A DNA stretch of 64,000 nt from Geosiphon pyriformis uo1 (Eukaryota; Fungi; Glomeromycota), in contig JAAOMT010000295.1 of the NCBI GenBank assembly GCA_016748015.1, forward strand, positions 124,001 to 188,000, read 5' to 3'. Each line of letters starts with the position of its first letter. Position 1 is the stretch's first letter. The notes beneath the pieces were generated by a model. That model searched no databases. It was not told where the DNA came from and saw only the letters and a program-made list of their open reading frames with translations. Positions 55,394 to 64,000 of the stretch are shown piece by piece. The position numbers and the translations under genes were made by a program.

Positions 55394-58300
55394 TGTTACC
55401 AGTAGAATTTTAGTTATTAATTAGCATGAAATTACTCTTATAATTCTTATAATTAATTAGTATATTAATATTATTTCAAATTATCATTTATTATTTAATC
55501 AATTATCACATATTACAATTCAATTAAATAATTCAATTAGTATAACAGAAAGTAGAATGATCAAATTACACAATACCTTGAACTTTGTAACATTTAAAAA
55601 TTTGCCAAAATTTACAGAAATTCGCCGAAATTTATAAAAAATTCACCAAAGTTTATAGAAATTCGCTGAAATTATGAATAGTTTACCCAAATTAATTAAT
55701 AGTTCAGTGAAATAACTTGTAGTCCATTAAAATGTATCTTTAGTTTGCCAAAATTTGAGCAAAGAGAAAAAGTGCAAGTTCATAGACTAGTACTACAACA
55801 AGTTATATAAAAGAAGAGCTTTTCTCTTTAAGAAAATGTATCTTACTTTAGATTTATCACTTAGAACTATTCATATACACACAAAAAAAAATAAATATCA
55901 AATAATTTGAAAAAACCAAATTCTTTAATTATTGCACTTGGGAAATCCCCAAAACCCAACTAACGTTTTGAAATTGATTAGCTACCAATTTCAGTAAACT
56001 GTTAGTGACTCCAGGTCTGGATAGAAAACGTTTCCCTTGACAGAATTCAACTTTTTTTACATTTCTTTTACTTTTCTTTTATTTTCTTATTATAATCATT
56101 AGGGTAACCTACAGACAAGATTCCTGTAGAAAAGTTGATTTTCACAGCAAAGTAACTACACATTTTTAGTGAGCTTTCAGACAAGCAATTCCTGGGAAAG
56201 AGTTGACGTTTACTACAACATAACTACATAAAGTAACTGGCAAAGAATTGATCATTCCACTTATAAGCCCAGCAAGTTCAAATTATAGAAGATAATTTGA
56301 AGATAAATTCAGTTATTGGAGGTTCAACTACTTTTAGAAAACATGAATTTGCAACCAACAGACATTTACAACATTCAAGAAAAGAGACCAAAAACCTCCA
56401 GTAACATTTGGTCCTCTCCTACAGAAATAATACAGCAACAACAAATTCAAAGTGGCGACCACACTAGACATAACAACTCTAGAGTATTATCAGTCAATTT
56501 ACATCCACTGCAAGCAAAGATTCAACATCCCAGACGGAATTGAAGTTGTCAAGAAATCAGTATACCAATATATTGAAAATCACATCAACAATTATCTTTT
56601 TGGAAACTACAACATTTCAGAAGTTAGAAGCAACCTCTACAATAATTTAGTGCACTATTCACAATTGAGAACAGAAGACCTAAACAGTAAAACACTTGCT
56701 ACCTACTTCCAAGAACTTAATTTTAATATTATTGAGTACTGTGAAGAAAAATATTCAGTACAGCCCAAATATTCTTTTAACTTTGAATCAGAAACAGAAA
56801 CAAGCAACAAAGGCAAACAAAAAGTGAAACAATACTTAAGAACCACTTCAAACACTTCAATACTACCAAAGACAACTGCCAAACACTTGCAAACACCTGA
56901 ACAAGAAACCAGTGTCAAATTACCACTTTCTATTACACCATTTCCAATTTCACTTGTTCAACCACAAACACCAAGTTCACTACTTAACCGTTTCTTCAGA
57001 CCAGAAGATTTTCAGTCACCTAAAAATCCTACTCAACAACAGGAACCAATATCAACAAGTGCCAATATTATTGATTACTTACAGGAAAACGAAAGTAATC
57101 ATTCAGAAAGCTTGGAAAGTGAAGAAACTAAACCAGAACCAGAAGAAACCACAGAAAATGGAAAAGAAATGGCAACTGCTTATATTGCAAAGATTTCAGA
57201 ATTCACGGGTGAAGATAATGATACCAGTCCTCAAGAATGGCTTGACAAAGTTCAAAAAGCAGGAGATACAAATGGTTGGAATGCAACAAGAATACTCAAA
57301 ACAATTTCATACTTTCTCCAAGGAACTGCAGAAGAATGATTTGAAAACTTAGAAGAACCATTTGAAAACTGGCAAGCATTCAAAGATGCTTTTTTATAAC
57401 AATTCACTGACAACAACACTTCTATCACTCTCAGAAACTGCTTTTGCAATATCAAGCAAGAAACATCTGAAACTGTTATGACCTATCTTGGAAGATTCAA
57501 CAAACTTCTTAGACAAATTCAACAATTGGAAACCAATGACTACTATTCCGATGCTCAAATTCTGGATCAGTTTATAGCAGGGTTAAAAAACAAACTGATT
57601 AAGAAAGTCTGTCCACATGCTCCAACAGACTTAGCAACTGCCATTAAACATGCAAAGAATTATAAAATAACTATGGAAGAAGCGAACCACACCAAACTTG
57701 TTAATTTGGCTATTAGAAAAACCAGCTCAGCAGCTAAAGAAAAGATAGACCAACTCACAAAGAAAGTTGAAAGCTATTTTACAAACCAGCAACAACTACA
57801 AAAATATCAACCACCACAGTGATGCAACCAAAACAACTTTAGACCATCATCCAACAACCAACCTCAAAATTGTCATTATTGTGGAATTCCAGAACACTGA
57901 AAACAAGATTGCAGAAAACTACAAAGAGACCAACAAAACAGGAGTAATCAATGTTATTCTTTACCATAACAATCTTATTACCAACTCCCACCACCAACTT
58001 ATTATTCACCAAGACCACAAATTCAAAACAGCTATTATCAACCAGCTCCACAACCAATTCAACAACAATATCAGCAACTTTTACCAATTCAGCAATTTTA
58101 GATACCACTAACTCAACAATATTAAGTACCAGCAAGAAAATTGGTTCAACATAACCAATTCACATTCCAAAATCAATTACAGAGTAACAACAACAGAATC
58201 AATCCAAATAACCATTTGGTTCTCCGAAATTCTGGTCAGCAAAGACCCAATCACTATCACACTCAACCCAGTTATCTTACAATACCAGAGGAATCGGATT

Positions 58301-61300
58301 TTCAATAAACTGCACTTTCTGAAAGTGAAGTTGCAGCACCAAGATCAAACCCTTCCAACCACACCATTTCACCAGCTCAAATTGCCCAAAATGCCAATCT
58401 GTCAGATATATTTCCATTTGAATTTGAAGCAAATGAATCACCATTTCTGCTTAGTAATGCAGCAGTCAATGAACAAAAAGCAATTACTGCTATGTACACA
58501 GAAGCTACAGTAGAAGGAAAAGCTATTTGCTTAATTCTAGATAGTAGATCTGCTAGAAGTATCATCACTTACCAGCTGATGCAACAACTCAAACAAAATG
58601 TAGACAGACCAGTTCAAACATTTATTGTCACAACTAATGGTATGAAGAAGACCTCAGTAGAAGAAATTAATGATTTCCCCTTTACAATTGATGGAATCAT
58701 CATTCCAGTTAAAGTTCTTGTTATGGATGCACTCCAATACTAAGCTCTAATCAGAAATGATTGGCTTCTCAAGGCCAATGCAAACCTGAACTGGGAAACT
58801 CAAGAACTTAAAATCTCATACCAAGGACAATATACTATAGTATCTGTAACCTGTGGTATCTTTAACAAATGATCAGAAAAAGCTCCAGTATTTGAATTTG
58901 AGGAAGAAAAAAAAATGCCAATTACTGAAACTTACATGGCTTTTGAATCAACATCCAATTGGGCTGAAGAAACAGAACAAGAAATTTTTGAGAAAACAAG
59001 AGGATAGAAGAAGATTCGGTATTCTATACCAAAACCATGAAAAGAACCACCATATATTTCACTAAAATGCAAAGATTGTAAAAAGAAGCTTTCATCTATG
59101 AAAGCCTGTATTTCTTCAGAAGAAGAATATGAGACTCGCACTTACTACTTCTACAAGGCATGCCATAGAGAACAATTTGGATCCCCAAAGAGAAGTAGAA
59201 AATGGGACAAAACTTCTTGTCTTACTTGTGAAGAAATGCTACCAGAAGAATGCAATTGGATTGATGTAGCAATGAGAGGAGGAGTATATAATCAGACCTG
59301 TCAATATGCTCTATCAATTTCGGAAAAACTCAGAAAAAAAACATCATTTGATGTAACATACAACAGTGCTCTCAATAAACTTTACTACTACCTTCATAAT
59401 GCTGAAATGATTTTTGACCTAGCAATAGCATTAATCAATGGGGCCACCTAAGAAGATGTCCGCCAAATAAAAGAAGCTGAATACATTGAGTATACTATGG
59501 AATTAGCTGGATTTGATTATAAAGATAAAGTAGAAACCTATCACCAAATTGCAAGCCACACATATCTGACCAAAGAAGTTCAAATTCAATGATTAGAGCA
59601 AATGAACATTCAATTGTGTGAAAAATGTGTTATGTCTTGTGATGACCAATGGTGTTTAGAATGTTATGCTCTTAGCATTTTTCTGCCAAATGAGAATGAT
59701 AAAAATGAAATCGAATTTGGAGTATCTGAACTAGTAGAAGAACTACCAACCACTCCCATCTATCTTCTTAAAAAGCAACCATCTCTACAACTTAAATATT
59801 TTGACAACCATGGCCAAAGATTCAGACCAAAAAAAGCACACGAAATTGATGCTGAATATGACTTAAGATACCTAGGAAAAAATACTTTGGTTCTCCAACC
59901 AAAGTTTTTGACAAAAATCAATCTCAAAATTGCTCTTGAAATTCCACCAGGAGCAATGATTCAAATTGCCTTCAGATTATCATTGGCAAGCAAAAAAATC
60001 AATATTAGAAGAGAAGTTATAGATGCAGGATATACTGGAGACATTACTATCATGTTACAGAATGAAACAGATAAACCATTCAAGATTAAACATGCTGAAA
60101 AAATTGCTCAGACAATTTACTTACCCTTAATCAACATTTTGGGTTTACAATCAGTAAACAACAGAAAACAATTGGGAAAAAGTGAAAAAGAAACTCAAGG
60201 TTTTGGTTCAACTGGACGATTTACAGTTTCAGTAAACATAGCTCTTAATACACAAAATGAATCTCACCAGATTCTTCAACTTTTCTAGCCAATTACCATT
60301 TCACTTTTTGAAGAACATCACGAAATTTACACTTGCTCAAAACCCACTACTACACAACAAATCTTTGAATCCAATAAACAAATCTGTTTGAAGTATGAAA
60401 TCTCAATTCCAAACATTTATATTCCCAAAGGAATGAAAAAATTTCAAATTACATTCTACAACCCCAATAATTACTCTATTGTTTTATTAAACAAACTGGA
60501 GATTAGAATCATACACAGCAATATTTTTCAAGATGAAAACCCTCAAATTGTCTCTAATTTCATTGAAATTGTAAGGCACACTCTATTCCCAAATCCAAAT
60601 ATCATTCTTACTACTGAAAACTACCACTTTTTGGAAGAAAAACTCTCTCGAATCAACATGAGTCCCTTAGAACCTTAACAACAAAGACAATTGAAACAAT
60701 TGATAGCTGAATTTGCAGATATATTTGCAAAAGACAACAATGACCTGGGAAAAACAAATATGGTTCAACATCAGATCCATACAGAAGATGCTTCACCAAA
60801 ACATCAGCAAGCTTACAGAGTACCACCTGCCAGCCATCAATTCATCAAAGAAAAAGTCCAGAGAATGCTCAATAACAAATTGATTCAATCATTAAGAAGT
60901 CCTTGTCAAAAAAAAAATAGAAAAATCAGATTTTGTGTTGACTATCACCAAGTGAACAGTGTGACAATTAGAGATGTCTACCCTCTTCCAAAAATTGATA
61001 ACATGTTAGATGCTCTAGGAAAAGCCAAGTTCTTTTCAACTTTAGACTTAGAAAGTGAATACTGGCAAGTCGAAATAGACTCAAAAGACTGACCCAAAAC
61101 AGCATTCACTACCCAAGAAGGAAACTATGAGTTTAATGTTATGTCTTTTGGACTTTGCAATGCACCAGCAACATTTCAACAACTCATAGATGTTGTATAT
61201 AAAGAACTCTTATAGCAATCAGTAGTTGTTTATCTTGATAACACTGATGTGTATTCATCAAGCTTTGAAGCCCATCTTATTCACTTGCAAGAAGTTTTTT

Positions 61301-64000
61301 AATGATTATGAAAAGCAGGATTGAAGTTGAATATTGAGAAATATCACTTTGAAAAAACAAGCTTAATCTTCCTCAAACACATTGTTAGCAAAGATGGAGT
61401 CAAACCAAATTCTAGAACAATTAGTGCTGTCAAAAACTTTCAAACTTCCAGAAATACCACAGAACTACAAGGATTTGTAGGATTAGTCTCTTACTATCAA
61501 AAATTTATAAAAAAATTCTCAGAAATTGCCAAACCACTCAATTATCTTACCAACAAAAACGTACCATACAAATGGACTGAAGAACAACAAAAAGCTTTTG
61601 AAACTCTCAAAACAAAATTAACAACAGCCCCAGTTCTTGCTTACCCAGACTTCAACAAACAATTCCAATTAGCCACTAATGTTTCACACATAGCATTTGA
61701 TGCCATCTTATCACAATTGGATGAAAATGGCCAGAAACAAGTTATTGCCTATGCCAGCAGAACACTCAAGCTGACAGAACTCAAATATGGCTCAACTGAA
61801 TTGGAAGCTGTTGCAGTCATCTGGGCTCTCAAACACTTTCAACAATACCTGAAGAATGAAAAAGAATTTGACATAATAACTGACAATATTGGTCTTAAAT
61901 GGCTTAATAAAAAAAAACTGAACAAAGTGCCAAACAGTCTCAATGAAATAACTTCCTAGCAGACTATAGATATATTGTACACCACAAACCAGGAAAACTA
62001 CATACCAATGTTGATAGCCTCTCAAGAATGAGACAAGATTAATACCAACAACAATTCCACCACAACTTACCAACTTACCAACAAAATAACCAAACAAGAA
62101 TGGATTCCAGAAATTACAGCAATCTTAAAAATTATTTGGAGACCCTTACCATGCCAGAAAACTGGTCTTTAAGTGAAAAACATCATTTACAATACCAATC
62201 AAAACAATATTTCATACACCAGAACAAAATCTATTATAAAAATCACAGAAACCCAAACCAACCACTCAGATTAGTACAAGAGAATGAAAAAGAAACAATT
62301 TTATACAACATGCACACAGATCCGTCTTTAGCACACTTGGAAAGAGATAAAACAATTCAAAAAACCCTTGAACATTATTTTTGGCCTTACATGCAAAAAG
62401 ACATTCGACAATATATAGAATCTTGTGATAGTTGTCAAAAAAGAGAAGGAATTCACTCCACAGAACCTTTAAATTCAATCAAAGTTGGACAATTTTTTGA
62501 CAGAGTTGGAATTGATTTAGTCGGACCATTACCTATCACAACTCAAGGAAATTGCTATATTGCAGTAGCAGTAGATTATCTTACCAAATGGCCTGAAACT
62601 AGAGCCATCCAAAGAGCAGATGCAAAATCAGTAGCAAATTTCATCTATGAAGACATTATTTGTAGACATAGATGTCCAATTGAACTTTTATCTGATCAAG
62701 GAACACATTTTGTGAACAACTTAATACAAGAAATTTGTAAATGGTTCAATGTCAAAAGATTTCTATCATTATCTTATTACTCTCAAACAAATGGACTTGT
62801 AGAATGTTTCAATAGAACATTGTGTGAATCTCTAGCCAAAGTCTCAACAGACTTTAAGCAGGAATGGGATATCTTTATTCCATCAGTGTTACTAGCATAC
62901 AGAATGCTAAAACAAGATATTATAAAACACATACCATTTGATTTTACTTATAGAAGGACAGCAACATTACCAATTAATTTCACAGTGGAAACATACTCAG
63001 TGCAACCAATCAATGAAGAAAACTTTCAAGAAACACTCCAAAGAAGGGCCTACACTCTTCTTAGTACACTGAAAGGAAAAAGAAGAATAGCAGCAACTCA
63101 TATTGAACATTCCCAAGCTTAACAAAAAGAAAAACATGACAACAAATTACCATCTATTACCAACAAATTTAAAGTTGGAAATAAAGTTCTCTTATACAGA
63201 ACTAAGACTGAAAAACAATGGAGTAGAAAATTTGAAAACAAATGGAATGGACTATTTTATATTCACGAAATTCTAGGCAATGGATCATACAAGTTAAGAC
63301 TTGATGACAAAATACTAGTAAAAGTTGCACATAGAAACAGATTAAAACATTATCATTCCAGAAACAATCCTGAAACATTAATTCCACAAATTGGTATACA
63401 TTCTCCTTTAATTAATCCTGAAGATATTCCCCGAAATTTAGAACTAATAATTATAATAGAACAACAACCAAACTTGAACACTTAAATTTTACAATAATTT
63501 TCTAATAAAAATACAAAGACAAAAATAGTAAATAATTACAAAAACACTTAAACCCAAAAACAAATAAAAACCCCATATCCAAAAATAATTTTCTTTATTC
63601 TCTCTTTTCATAATTAGTCAATTTTATCATGATTATTTCCCGAAATATTCAACAAATATCCCAAAAGTTAATATTAGCCTTGAAAACACTTCCTGACTTA
63701 TCCATAACGATTAATGGAAGTCAAATTAATTACATTCAGAAAAAAACCACAGCCCCAGTAGCAAATCATTCACAGAACTATCACCCCTATAGAAAAAAAA
63801 CAAGAAGTCACTCTGAAAATAGGTTACCAAGACTTTTGAAGCAAGCACTGGAAGAAAATCTTTTAATTGCCCCTATTGACATTCCATCAAATACTACAAT
63901 GCAACAAAAACTTTTACTACTTTTCAATGAACAGAACAATGAACACACCCCTATCTATAAATACTTTCACATTGGAAAGACACTTTATGAACGAAAACTA
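55394..64000 (+). mobile_element. Family A copy A3 (runs off the window): 5' LTR 55394-56406, gag-pol 56452-62042, integrase 62100-63485, ORF3 from 63629
   Basis: Colinear with A1. Left flank ATGG. The ORF fragments from 56452 to 61321 all lie in one frame. Confidence 0.95.

Noticed and set aside
62040-62100. Stop-codon readthrough fusing RH and integrase
   Set aside because: The spacer is in frame in A1 and A3 (57 nt) but not in the other two copies (32 and 67 nt), and integrase has a conserved ATG. Disfavoured, not fully excluded.

Overview
Very AT-rich, intron-containing eukaryotic (fungal) DNA. The element repertoire and gene structure suggest Glomeromycotina, possibly Geosiphon-like (inference). 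A small host-gene island at about 29.1-36.7 kb holds a 7-exon MYST histone acetyltransferase (-) and a divergent 4-exon EMC8/9 gene (+). It is surrounded by nested, G/C-to-A/T-eroded retroelements. These are two related Ty3/Gypsy LTR families and several RNase H-containing LINEs. Family A: full copy 1628-11534, solo LTR 49632-50593, copy 55394->64000, pol fragment 1-1380, ancient relic 14015-26029. Family B: full copy 42166-53121 and an interrupted minus-strand copy. The most interesting signal is the shared architecture of the LTR families: (i) an apparent GUG-initiated N-terminal Gag extension followed by about 700 nt without ATG up to the capsid AUG; (ii) one Gag-PR-[Cys-rich domain]-dUTPase-RT-RNaseH frame; (iii) integrase as a separate ORF behind a CAA-rich spacer; (iv) a conserved non-env ORF3; (v) 4-bp TSDs with an apparent RTGG/CCAY preference.
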